Position numbers and translations under genes: made by a program
Notes under the pieces: model-generated
Seen by the model: only the letters and a program-made list of their open reading frames with translations
What the model was told of the DNA's origin: nothing
The model's database searches: none
In this document: piece by piece, positions 39,228-51,700 of the stretch
Position numbering within the stretch: position 1 is the stretch's first letter
Layout of the letters: every line of letters starts with the position of its first letter
NCBI GenBank assembly: GCA_965655095.1
Contig: OZ296648.1
Span: 155,930,001 to 155,994,000 of the forward strand
Direction of reading: 5' to 3'
Origin: Haplodiscus bocki
Lineage: Eukaryota
Length of the DNA: 64,000 nucleotides

Positions 39228-42200
39228 TTACTGCCAAGGTATACTTTCTATTTTACCAAAATAACGTCCTTTATCGTTGAAAGAAATGAGGGCAAATTTC
39301 TCAACTTTTTGTGAGTTCATTTCATGTCCACAATTTCTAGTCACAAAAAATCTGCATATTCTTTATATTCACCTCCAGTTAAACAGTCAAAATATTCTTC
39401 AGTTAATTTTTCCTCTAAATACATTGGAAACTCCTTTCGAATTAGCTTTAACTTCTTCCTCATCACTACAATTAAATGCGCAACATGACGCTCTCAATGC
39501 AATGAATTTTCCTTCTGTCGTAATTTTCCCAAATCCTCACCTATAGCTTTACTTTAAAAACAAAGAATAAAAGAATCACAGTCAAAATAGTGCAACTGTA
39601 GATCATCTGGTCCGAAAAAAGATTGCAGTCCAATATAACGTTACACATGAGGAATGTAAATTTAGCTCTGAAACAATACACCCTAAATATAATGGTTTAT
39701 GGAACATTTCATTTTTCAACGAAAAAGCTGGTAAATCATCATATGATTTTGATCCAGCGAACGGATACTTACTTCGTGAACTAGCATGACTCCGGATTTC
39801 GGATACAGATCTAACATTCAAACGATTGCGCCAGTTTCTAAAGTTTTTCCATAGGCGGAACTAACTATTGCAACAGTTTCCATTGTTTTTTCATAGAAAG
39901 AATTAACCTTTATGAAAGCCTCTCTCAATTTCACCGTTATTAGCAGCTTTGTTATTTCTTTTACTATCAATAAAACCTTTCAACCGCGGTTTTTCTTTAT
40001 AGCTTAAAACATCGTGTACGTTACCCGCATACCTTGTGGGATTAAAAAATATTGGAATTCTATAATGTACTAATAAAATGTTTTCTTTCTTGGTCCAATC
40101 ACAGCTTAAATTTTCCGGTACTTTAGACTACTTAACGTCACGCGCATGTTTTATGAATTTTCATTTCTTGGCAGAATGAGACATTACAAGATTCATCTGT
40201 AGCTTCTCAATCTGTCGTATCTCAATCAACTTGATCAAAGTAGCCAATATCAGCAAAAACTGGTGCCGCGAGAGTTGTATCGACATCAACTGAATTCTCG
40301 AATTCAACACAAACTCATAAGGTAAAAAATGTGAAAAAGCCCAACCATTAAAAACAAAGAATACATACAACACTTTGTTTAGGTTACACCACAAAATCCC
40401 CCGCGCATCTGTCGCCCATTGAAAAGAAGTAAATCTTCATCTTGTATATTCCATAGTTCTTTTCGAACACACTTCAAACCAGCGGTCGAAGTAAACCCTG
40501 GGTTAAATAAATTTATCAGGGTTGATAGTAATCTGTAGCTGCTTTTTTGAGAACTGTCTCAAACAAATCAGCCAGCAACGTTGAATTAGATTTCATATAA
40601 AACATTTTTGGACCTTTCCCAGTCTTAGCAGTAAATTCTTTCATTATATCAAACGTGCGGATCAAACAGACACCTCAGAGATGCTCACTCTTGAATTTGA
40701 GGAGTGTTTTTCTATGACATTCAAGTGAATTTAAAAAAATAGGACAAGCCAGCTTTTTAAAACTTTGTAAATTATCACTGATTCAGGTCTAGGGTATTTT
40801 CCATTTATAATTTTGAAGTCCTCTAATTTCAGTTACCACTAAAGCGTCAAAACTTGATTGAAGAATTCTATAGGAAGCTATGAATCTTAATCATTCATCA
40901 TCTATAAAAGTAAAACTTTCTGCTGTCGTTGGAATTAGTTTCCGTTTAGATTTATCATTTCTAAAAGTTGCTAAAACTTTGAAGAACAAGTGAGAAACCT
41001 AATTACTGAAATTGAGAAGGGTTATAGGGAGACAACTGGATCATGACTTTTAAACGTTCAAACCACAGGACTGAAGAGCAGTTCCTCTATAGTTTCCTTC
41101 TTAACAACAAACATTTCTAACGTTCATTTCACTATTTAAAAAATTGGTATCACAATATTAAATGTATTTTGTATCTACGAAAGCAGTTTCATTATCATCT
41201 GGAAATTCAAGCTCTCCATTTTTTTCCTAAAAAAAGAAAGTAATTTTGTTTTCTCATTTAATCATAGCATTAACCAAAGGTATCATAGAATTTTTTGCTG
41301 AGTGTGAATAATATCAAGTCGGAAGTTAATCATTTTCTATAACGGATACAAGACGTTAGCCAAAAAAACGGGGGTTTGGTGATATATATCAGTCGTTCTC
41401 TTTCGCTGTGACTTAGCGTTGGATACATTGCAAGTTTCAGCATCAACTCCAACAGGTATAGATTTTTAAATCGAATTTACTCTATTTAAAATATTTCTCT
41501 CTGGGAAAATGATAGTACATGCTTCACCGACTAAAAAGAGATCCCGGTGTTGGTTCGAAACTTCTTTAATGAAAAGACACGATGAACAATTTCTAAAACT
41601 ACGTCTTACATCAAGTTGGCAAAGAAACGAATGCAACTCTTTTCAATCGAAAAACAAAGACTTTCCAAGACCAGCAGACATAATTTCCTTTTGGGGTTCG
41701 CCTTGCGATTCACTCGATTACCATTTCAAAAAAAACTGAGAAATACTCAAGCTTCAAAAAAAACATTTTCATGATTTAAATCGAAGACGTTCACTTAGAT
41801 TTTGATTTTCTAAAAATTCACTATTCTCTTATTTCAAACCACTATGGAAGTCTATTCGATTTGTTTTGATAGTATTAAATGACTTTTGAAGCTCACAAAT
41901 TCTCTCAGCATCTCTTCTAACGAGATAATTAGATGTTTTAAAAGACCATATTGTACAAAATTTACCATCGTTTTATATGTTCAAAACTGATTTATTTTAT
42001 AAACGAAAGCTTTTAAAGGATGCATCTGTAATCGAAACTGTTTCATACAGACTATATGTAACAGATTCAAGTTCGTCAAATCTCCAACCAGAACCTTTCA
42101 ATTCTCGGTTTTCGACAGCAGTTTTTGGTTCAGATTCAAAATCTGATGAATCTAACTCCTTTTCTGCTTCTTATCTGATGCGTTTTTGAATAGATGAATA

Positions 42201-42500
42201 TCTCATGTCGTTCAAATCCTATCTCCTTTTCAGGATTTTCCGAAAACAGCATTGAAATCAGTTTGTAGTTTGAAAATTGGGTTGTTCAATCAACCTTGAA
42301 CAAAAATTACCACATTTTTAACGTTAGGATAAGCAACTTCAGGTTTCATACTTCATCATTCACTGAAACATTAACTGTTACATTACCAAAATATTCTCCA
42401 GCAGTTTCTATTTTCGTAGCAAATCCTTCATCTAGAGCCGGCCTATTCGCATTTGCAACTACAAAAAAATGGAATTGAGAGTTCTTTTTGAACTGATGGA
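39228..42500 (-). pseudogene. Polinton-1 protein-primed DNA polymerase B pseudogene
   Basis: In order on the minus strand: GNYRGTALQSC, NFSN*VSHLFFK, LRFIASYRIL, MRGG, motif A relic LYV....GWAFSHFLPY, motif B relic AYGKTLE, KPLYLG, motif C LHYFDCDSF and terminal FNDKGRY...SIPWQ*. The 5' boundary is approximate. Confidence 0.88.
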
Positions 42501-42999
42501 TTCACGTGTATCACAGAGTGTGTTGGTTGAGGTATTTTAATTTTTTCATGACTTTTCGATAAATTCAAGCGTGTAAGTACTACTTCGAACAATACAAATT
42601 TCACTCACTCTTTTACTATCATCGTTGGACTCACCAAAACTCAGATAAAGGGTTTTTGTCAAACTCATATACGCCTCAATTTCCTTTAGGAATACGAACA
42701 TGAGAGCGCAATAAACATTTTGATGCCTGAGATGATCCAGATTGTGAATAGTTCTCGAAATCAGAAGTTTGATGAAATTTATTTAAAAGACCAGACCTCG
42801 ATTTTTGTCCAAATCAGATATTTGTTTGATCGATCATTTCTTGCAACCAGAACACTGTCTTCTATCTTTTAATACTTCATTAATTGCTTCATATGCTTCC
42901 ATAACTCCTTCAAACGGTATAAATTTAGAAAATTGAAAATTTTCCTTTCCAAAATGGAAAGTCTTTCCATCACACTTTCAAATTTAGGGACAACAATTT

Positions 43000-43760
43000 C
43001 ACAACTGCTTCAACATAGTGCTCAGGCCACTAATGAACAGTCTACGATTCTGCTAACAACGAATAGTATCAACAAAAATTTGAAGAATTTATGAATTTAA
43101 AACTCCAATTTGTTATCTCCTCTAGAAAATATCTTCCTCGTAACAGCCGTCCAAACTAAGACTCCCATACTATAATTTTGATTTGTTTGTTGCGTTCACC
43201 GTAATGGTTCCCGAAAACGATCATCTCAATTTTTTTCAGAAAAGCATCAACTGGAGTCATCTCAATGGAACTATGGACAGTGTTGATGTTTTTCGGTGAT
43301 AGAGAAAGGTTGATCGATCCAAATACTATTACCTTTCACAGAAACTGGCTTTTCCAAAAAACTATAAATCTATTCACAATTTCAGCGAGTCCTGCTCCAT
43401 TAAACGCAGATCTATATCGCCCTATTCCCACTTCTCTGAATCAACCTAAAAACAAAACTTACAAACTCTTTACCATCTTCTTTTCTATTAGTTTAGTGTT
43501 TTTGTAGATGAAATCAGAACGTCGCGAAAGCATCAGTTATTGTTTAGGCAAAAAAATTTCTCGATGGAATCACCCATCAATGGAAGTTATCAACCACAAA
43601 AAATGTAAACAACATCCATTACTTTTTGTTCCACAATAAATCAAAACCAAAAAATCTGAGCGCCAATTGTTAACAAAAAGTTTGAATTCGGTTTTGTATC
43701 AAAATTCTCCTGAGGAGATTCTGAAGAACTTTTTGATAAAATCATCACCAGTTGTTTATC
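43000..43760 (-). pseudogene. Polinton-1 retroviral-like (DDE) integrase pseudogene
   Basis: Fragments NNWRSDFL, VDNF..W.IP, GAGLAEIVNRFI, VHSSIEMTPVDA and LVWTAVTRKIFSRGD/NWS occur in integrase order. Confidence 0.8.
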
Positions 43761-43849
43761 AATTTTTTGATATGACTCCACTTCGTGGAGGTTTCTTTTT
43801 TAATTATCGAGCTGAAACTCTGAATTTCACATATTTATTTCAGCCCTCT

Positions 43850-44676
43850 TCCACTATCAACATAGAAATTGAACCACCAATTATACCTATATTATCCTTC
43901 ATCAATTTCCAATATCAACCACAATATCCTCCTTCCAAAGCCATTTCAAACATCTTTCATTATCTTCCAATATCATTATTCGCACCTGGCTTTCAAAAAT
44001 CATTCACAGAATTCTGCTTCCAATGAAACCTATACTATTGTGCTTCCAATATGCCCACATTATCCTGCTTGTAATATCGTGCATCAAATTCAACTCCCAC
44101 TGAATCCCGCTTCCATCATCCACATCTCCTCTTTCCAATGTAACATATGTCATCGAGCTTCCAAGATGATCCATTTTATCCTGCTTCAAGTATTATTCAT
44201 TATATCTCGCTTCCAATTAAATCGGTTTCATCCCGCTTTCAGTATCGCCCATCAAATTCAGCTTCCAATAGGTCCCGCCTCGAATAATATTTGCTTCTAT
44301 TATTGTCCATCAAATCCGGCTTCAGTACCATCAAAATTTATTAGCCTCCAATATCAACCATTAAATCCCACTTCGAAGACCCCCATGTTATCCCGCCTTA
44401 CATATCACCCCAACCAAATCTCAACCCGCTACCACTGTCATCTATATTACCTTCCACCTTATCCCGCTTCCAATTGAATCTATGTCCTTTTCAAATTTCA
44501 CATCCAAATTTTGCGTATTATTCCGAATTTGTGAAGATGCGAGTAATGTTTTGGAATAGTGTTTTTTGGGGAAAACGACTTCGATTTGAATGTTTGTATT
44601 TATTTTGAGTGAAAAAATAAACGCCATTGTAATAGCTTCAAGAGAGTAATAAAAGGATTTCTTAAACTAAACTACG
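43850..44676 (-). repeat. Right TIR of Polinton-1
   Basis: Reverse complement of the left TIR, including the 'atcccgcttccaat' minisatellite. Confidence 0.88.
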
Positions 44677-45219
44677 TCAAATACCATCTGACTCACCAAT
44701 ACAGATCAAAATCTAAGACATTCGAAACTACGATCAGGGAAGTTATTGACACTTTCAATATTACTACACCATCTGTCAACGAAAGGTTTGTTCGAAAAAG
44801 TCAAATTGAGACAAGTACATGTTAAGAGTGTCTTATGTTTGAAAAGTTGATCTGTCAAAAATGTCTTTTGACGTTCTCATTTCACGCCATTCCGCACCCA
44901 ATGCTCAAGATTGTAGCAAAGTGAAAAACGTCGAGAAGAACATTTACCTGCCACGTTGTCTCACTCAAAAATAGGCCACCACCACCGCTCCAATATCAAA
45001 GCATATAACTCAGAAATCAATCTGCAGGTACATCAGAAATCAATCTCGATTTAATCCCTGACCACATGCCCATGTAAAGCCGGAGAGCATGCGGCAAGAC
45101 CTGGCGAGATTAAGCAGAAAACAATCAATAGATATAACAGCCGAAGTTGAAGGTAATCATTCTTAATATAAACAAAACTTAGCTGAAAAAGAACATTTTA
45201 TTACCTGCAAAGCCAGCGA

Positions 45220-46586
45220 AAAACAGCCACTGTTGGGCAAAAGCGGTCACATAGCAAGGGTGTTCCAAAAATTGACAATTAGGACATTGGGTAAAGACAT
45301 AAGAATCCGGAAACGAAAAAATCTTCCAAAAAGCCGTGTTTTTCTCAGAAAAATTGGTTCAAAGTTTCGAGCAACCCGAGGTTCACAAGAGCACTGAGGT
45401 ACTGAAAGAAATTAGGAGGTATATATTCAACGCTAGTTCAACCGAGATGAGGGTCGTAAAAAACTATCGCCAAAGGGAAGAAGAACTGAAAAAAATTGCA
45501 CTACATCTAAAGAGTACCTTGGCCCTATATCTAAAGAGTACCATGGCCCGACCACTTTTTTAAAACCAACCGTATCATCAAAAAACTTCGAGTGCTTCTG
45601 CAGGCTTTCCAGTGAGCCTCACAACGCCCAGATGACTTTCATTATTTGTACAACAGGCTGATAAGTTTTCAGAAAAGTCTTAACAAAACATATCTGTTGA
45701 GACTTTTCGGCTATTAATCCTTCAGAAAAGTCATTAAAAAATTGACTACGGAACAGATTACTTAGTCTTCTCTGCAATCCAAATGATATGCTTGACTTTG
45801 AGGCACAAATGAAAGCGGTAAATTTTGGATAACACAGAAGTTTATTTGAAAACTCAATTTTTTCAGAAAATTTCGGACCAAAACAGTGTGGGGAAAAAAA
45901 CTGGAAAGAAATCGGCTATAAACAAAATGCAACTAACGCTTCATTTTCCATCGCCTAACCAGCAAGGTGATACCCTACATGGAAAATTACGCCAGAGAAG
46001 TGCGATAATGTAACACTTGTTCTCTGAAAAAACCTGGCTTTTCAATTGTTCTCGCCAAAAGCTGGCCGCGGAAAAACTTTCGTCCACCCAATATTTTGGC
46101 TTCGGTCAATTAAGACCTAGCGAAGGCAGCTAAGCAACAACCAAACGGATCCTACAAAAGCAAATTTAAAAAAGAGCGTCAAATTTGACTTAAGGCCCAT
46201 GGGGAATGTCAAATCTGTTGCGGAAAGATTCAAAACTTTTCACTTTTTTGGCAATAAACATCACAGCAGGCCGTTCAACTAAATAGTGTTCCTTGGCTCA
46301 GCTCAAAATAGTAGCAATTCAGAGCTTACTACAGAGCGAGGGCTCAAAAATATAGCATTTGCCCTCCAAAAATACCCGAATTTGTTATTTTTCCCGCTAA
46401 TAACTCGCCGAAAAACTTTCGGCTGTCGATAGAATCGAAAACGATAGATCGTCAACCCGTCGGAGTGTTAATACAAAAATTGGATAAATGCGAACAATAG
46501 GTGCCGAGAAAAACAGATTTAAACAGACCAAACGGAGAGGGATGTCACGGACGGGAAAAACGGAAATCATGTCGCTCCACTCGCCT
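45220..46586 (-). mobile_element. Non-autonomous Helentron/DINE-1-like element, older copy
   Basis: Colinear with 46860-47053 plus 47591-48715. Its right end is 'cgctccactcgcct' with an internal 'acggacggg' (CCGT microsatellite on the minus strand). The repeat is certain; the classification is inference. Confidence 0.45.
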
Positions 46587-46859
46587 AAACACAGGCCGTC
46601 CAAAGTGCCGTCCACTTCAGAGAAGTGCAACATTTTTCAACAAAAAACAGGCGTTATGGTGCTCAGCGCAAGGCTCGCGAAAATACTCAATCTCTGGACA
46701 TCACTGACTACATGCTTATGCATTGACAGAGAGCAAGAAGCAAAATCTGTAGACATTAGGCAAAGAACAACAAAGAAAACAGCGGAGGTTCAAGGTAACT
46801 ATCCTGACTTCAAACAAAAAATGAAAAAACAACAAAATTTTGTATTCTCAAAAGTCAGA

Positions 46860-48715
46860 GAAGTCCGGCCGTTGCTTAGCAAATGCCGTCTCACAGCGAG
46901 AAGGTTGAAAAAGTTGACAACCAGGTGTTAAATAAAGAAAGACGAATCTGGAAACAAAAATTTTTCCCAGAAAGCCGTGTTTTCTCGATAAATCTTGTAA
47001 GAAAACTCGATTAAAAGACTTTTCGCGCAACTCCGAGGTCACATGAACACTCAGGCTAATGCAATCAACTTTAACCATAGCTCGAGTTTGAAATATTAAA
47101 GAAGGCATGTCCACAAGTTATACCGGCGAAGTCTGATTGGTTGTTCAAAGGGCCCAAAACCAATCAACTTTTCTATTTCTTGCCAGCCGCAGCAAAGTTG
47201 ACATCAAACTACAGTGAAGTCCTCCGGAAAGACTCTTTACAGCAAACAACGGTCACAATTTTACTTCAGTTTTCAGCCAGAAAACTACACCAAAAAATCT
47301 TGACTTCTTTATCATGCTAACACCTCAAACACTTGTTATTGATTTCGAAGGCCTCCGTTTTTTAAAACAACCTTTCACAACTAAAGAGTTACCTGTTTGG
47401 GGTTTTGTCTACGATACAATTCTTCTGAAGCCACCTTGTCCCGTCCATTTAGTCTCTGTCACGGCACAGTAAAGTTATATGTGGATTACGAAAACTATGC
47501 ACGTTTTGAACTGAGATTTTGGAATTTATGATTATTCTAGTTTCTTTCTAATCTTAAAATTCCGTTTCCAAAAAATCATCATTCGCGCCACAAAGAGTAC
47601 CTTGGCCTTACCACCTATCGACGACCGAGCGTACCTTGGAAGTCTCTCGACTGCTTCTCCAGGCAATCCAGTCTGCGTAACGAAGCTCAGTTCCTTTCTA
47701 TTGTTTGTGCAACCGAAGAAAAGTTTAGGAAGAGTCGACAAAGGTTGAGGAAACGTGATTTTTGACAATGTTTGTCAAAAGAATCCACAACAGAAGTTAG
47801 CTTGCAGTCAAAACTTGCATCATAACACATTGCTGTACAAATTGCCTAAACTGTCAATCAAGACAGGTGACATTGATTGCTTTAATGCACGCTGAACGCG
47901 ACAAACTTTAGATAAATGCAGAAATGTATTTGGAAAATATTTTTTCAGAAAATTTCGGCCAGAAAATGGTGGAAAAATCAGAAAACATTCAGCTAAAAAC
48001 TGAATGCAACCAACGTTTCCGTTTCCATCACTTAGCCACAATTGGGATGCCATACATGTGTTATTAAGCCAGAGAAGTGCGACAAAGTAACACTGACTTC
48101 TGAAAAAAAAAATGGGTTTTCATTATTTTCCCCGAAAACTCGCCGGCGAAAAATTTTCGTCCAGCAAAAACTTTGGCTTCAAAATTACGACCTTGCGAAA
48201 GCAGTTAAAAAGTAAGAAAACGGATCCTACGAATGCGTTTGTAGAAAATGCGCGTCAAAGTTGACTCAGTGGGCAATGCAGAATGTCAAATCTGCTTCGA
48301 AAATATTCAAAACTTTTCACTTTTTTCGACCGAAACTAGCAGGAAAAAATGGCAACAAACATCACAGCAAGCCGTTCAACTAAATAGTGTTCCTCGGCTC
48401 AGCTCAAACTATTAGCGATTCCGAGCTTACTACAGAGAGAGGGCTCAAAAATATAGCTTTTGTCCTCTAAAAAAAATTCCAAACAAATTTTTTTCGCTAA
48501 CATCTCGCCGAAAAAAAACTGTTGCCAGCCGAAAGAATCAAACATGACGGATCGTGAACCCGTTGTAGTGTTTATAAAAAATTGGATAAATCCGAGCAAG
48601 TGATGCCGAAAAAAAATACATCTGATGGGATGAAACGCAGAGGGAAGTCACGGACGGGAAAAAATGGAATCATTTCGACGTGTCCTTGTGCGAATAGGCT
48701 TCGCTCCGCTCGCCT
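46860..48715 (-). mobile_element. Second Helentron/DINE-1-like copy, interrupted at 47054-47590 by Polinton-2 DNA
   Basis: The minus strand begins after a T-run with AGGCGAGCGGAGCGAAGCCT (self-complementary ends), then CCGTCCGT. A hairpin cggc-cg-ttgct-t-agcaa-at-gccg lies at the other end (46866-46888). Confidence 0.45.
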
Positions 48716-51700
48716 GAAAAAAATCTAGCCTCATAGGTTGTCTTAAGTCCATTGAGAAATCGAGAATATTTCTGCTATCATAAAAATCCAATCATCAACA
48801 ATCCTCATTGAAATATTATCACTGACGTTGAAATTACCGTAAACGACGCTGTTTCTGACCGTTTACAGCCTGTGTCAAAAAGTTATCTCGGCGTCATGCC
48901 AAAGTTATACATGCGAACCAAGGTTGAAACGCCACTTTTTTGGCCTAAAACGTTTGCTCAAATTTATCATATAAAAAAAAAACAATTTTATTGTTCTTGA
49001 CATTCTGAAACTTTTGATGTCAAATTTTAGTGAAAAGTTTACGCAAAATTTAGCTCCAAGATATGCATTTTTACGTTGAAAGAGTATTGGCGGGACAAAC
49101 TTTTCACGCGAGCTATATACTAAAGGACTAAAATCTTCGATGAAGTCAATTTGGTAGAAGCTGGTTTCTTTTGGCCAGAATAGGTGAAGTGACAAATCGA
49201 TGTCCCTTTATTGACACTATCAAAGCATAGCACATACAGTTGCGCTGAAAAACGATTGTTATCAGCAAGAAATTAGCTGCACATCAATTGGAAGAAAAAA
49301 TAACTGCAAAAGACGAGGAGACAAGATTCGCCCGCGAAAAGATTGACGCAATTTTGGGATTGACCCGCGAAAAAAATTGTGATTCCTCATTGGTCAAAAA
49401 GATGATAGTTATAGAAACAATAGTGCTAAAATCTACGAAGACGCTTGATACTGTTTTTAGTGCTCTGTAGGTTGTTTTCTTTGAATATATAAAACGTGAC
49501 TACCTTCACGATAATGCACAACAAATACCTCACATGGTACAACCAGTTTCTTTCGTTCTGAAGGTTGAGGGTTCGAATCCAAAAGCCGGCAATAGTTTCT
49601 TCTCCAATATGGACTAGCAGCAGGAAAAGTCTGAACAAACAGTGACATCAGATTCTTAGTAACGTATAGTTGCAAGTATTCATTATTTAAATCCACAATG
49701 GATTGGAAAAAGCTGCTGTTCAAGATAGTGACAATAACTCTGGCTCTTTTAACAAATCTGGTTCCAATTTATTTGACACATCAAGGAAAAAATGGACTCT
49801 GATACGTTTGACTACGACCAACACGACTATATAAAATCATCTGAATGTTCGCCGAAATTTGACGGTTTCTGTCTGAACAACGGTGTTCCTTTTGTCCCTG
49901 CAGACACAAACGGAGTTGCTTGCATTTGCCAAATTTCATACTAAGGTCCAAGGTGTAATATGTGGTAAAAACAGCACTATAAACCCATTTCAGAGCCACA
50001 CTTTCATCAAAGAAAACGTGCCTGAACTGTCGCAGAACACTCATTATATTGTGTCCGATAACAATGAGCCAATTTTGGATTTCCTTGTTAGTTTGCAAAA
50101 AAAAACAACTCGGGGAGGTACAGATGTCACGTTCCGAGATTACTTTGAGGAATTTCAAAGGAATCCAAACAGAAATGAGGAAAACAGAATTCGCTTCGGA
50201 ACGTGGAAGAAACTTTGTTGGCTAATGCAATTAACTTTCACCATAGCTCGAGTTTGAAATATTAAAGAAGGCATGTCCACAAGTTATACCGGCGAAGTCT
50301 GATTGGTTTTTCAAAGGGCCCAAAACCAATCAACTTTTATATTTCTTGCCAGCCGCAGCAAAGTTGACATCAAACTACAGTGAAGTCCTCCGAAAAGACT
50401 CTTTACAGCAAACAACGGACAAAATTTTACTTTAGTTTTCAGCCAGAAAACTACACCAAAAATTCTTGACTTCTTTATCATGCTAACACCTCAAACACTT
50501 GTTATTGATTTCGAAGGCCTCCGTTTTTTAAAACAACCTTTCACAACTAAAGAGTTACCTGTTTGGGGTTTTGTCTACGATACAATTCTTCTGAAGCCAC
50601 CTTGTCCCGTCCATTTAGTCTCTGTCACGGCACAGTAAAGTTATATGTGGATTACGAAAACTATGCACGTTTTGAACTGAGATTTTGGAATTTATGATTA
50701 TTCTAGTTTCTTTCTAATCTTAAAATTCCGTTTCCAAAAAATCATCATTTGCGCCACAAAGAGTACCTTGGCCTTACCACCTATCGACGACCGAGCGTAC
50801 CTTGGAAGTCTCTCGACTGCTTCTCCAGGCAATCCAGTCTGCGTAACGAAGCTCAGTTCCTTTCTATTGTTTGTGCAACCGAAGAAAAGTTTAGGAAGAG
50901 TCGACAAAGGTTGAGGAAACGTGATTTTTGACAATGTTTGTCAAAAGAATCCACAACAGAAGTTAGCTTGCAGTCAAAACTTGCATCATAACACATTGCT
51001 GTACAAATTGCCTAAACTGTCAATCAAGACAGGTGACATTGATTGCTTTAATGCACGCTGAACGCGACAAACTTTAGATAAATGCAGAAATGTATTTGGA
51101 AAATATTTTTTTTTCAGAAAATTTCGGCCAGAAAATGGTGGAAAAATCAGAAAACATTCAGCTAAAAACTGAATGCAACCAACGTTTCCGTTTCCATCAC
51201 TTAGCCACAATTGGGATGCCATACATGTGTTATTAAGCCAGAGAAGTGCGACAAAGTAACACTGACTTCTGAAAAAAAAAATGGGTTTTCATTATTTTCC
51301 CCGAAAACTCGCCGGCGAAAAATTTCCTTCCAGCAAAAACTTTGGCTTCAAAATTACGACCTTGCGAAAGCAGTTAAAAAGTAAGAAAACGGATCCTACG
51401 AATGCGTTTGTGGAAAATGCGCGTCAAGGTTGACTCAGTGGGCAATGCAGAATGTCAAATCTGCTTCGAAAATATTCAAAACTTTTCACTTTTTTCGACC
51501 GAAACTAGCAGGAAAAAATGGCAAAAAACATCACAGCAAGCCGTTCAACTAAATAGTGTTCCTCGGCTCAGCTCAAATTATTAGCGATTCCGAGCTTACT
51601 ACAGAGAGAGGGCTCAAAAATATAGCTTTTGTCCTCTAAAAAAATTCCAAACATAATTTTTTTCGCTAATATCTCGCCGAAAAAAACTGTTGCCAGCCGA

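Larger units (their letters stand above)
25463..44676. mobile_element. Full-length degenerate Polinton/Maverick (Polinton-1), ~19.2 kb
   Basis: Colinear inverted terminal repeats, a left end starting AGTAG and a right end ...ACTAC(g). Relics of integrase, pPolB, protease, minor and major capsid and ATPase lie between them. Size is typical for the group. No target-site duplication is recoverable. Confidence 0.9.

Noticed and set aside
43667-44477. 119-aa and 202-aa + strand ORFs (the latter is the longest ORF in the window)
   Set aside because: They are mostly translations of the stop-poor TIR minisatellite, not genes.
25457-44682. 6-bp target-site duplication for Polinton-1
   Set aside because: The flanks (aaaaag vs tcaaat) do not match; the termini are too decayed to call.
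51402-51584. ECQICFE suggests a RING finger start
   Set aside because: The remaining Cys/His ligands are absent and the ORF is open in only one of three units.
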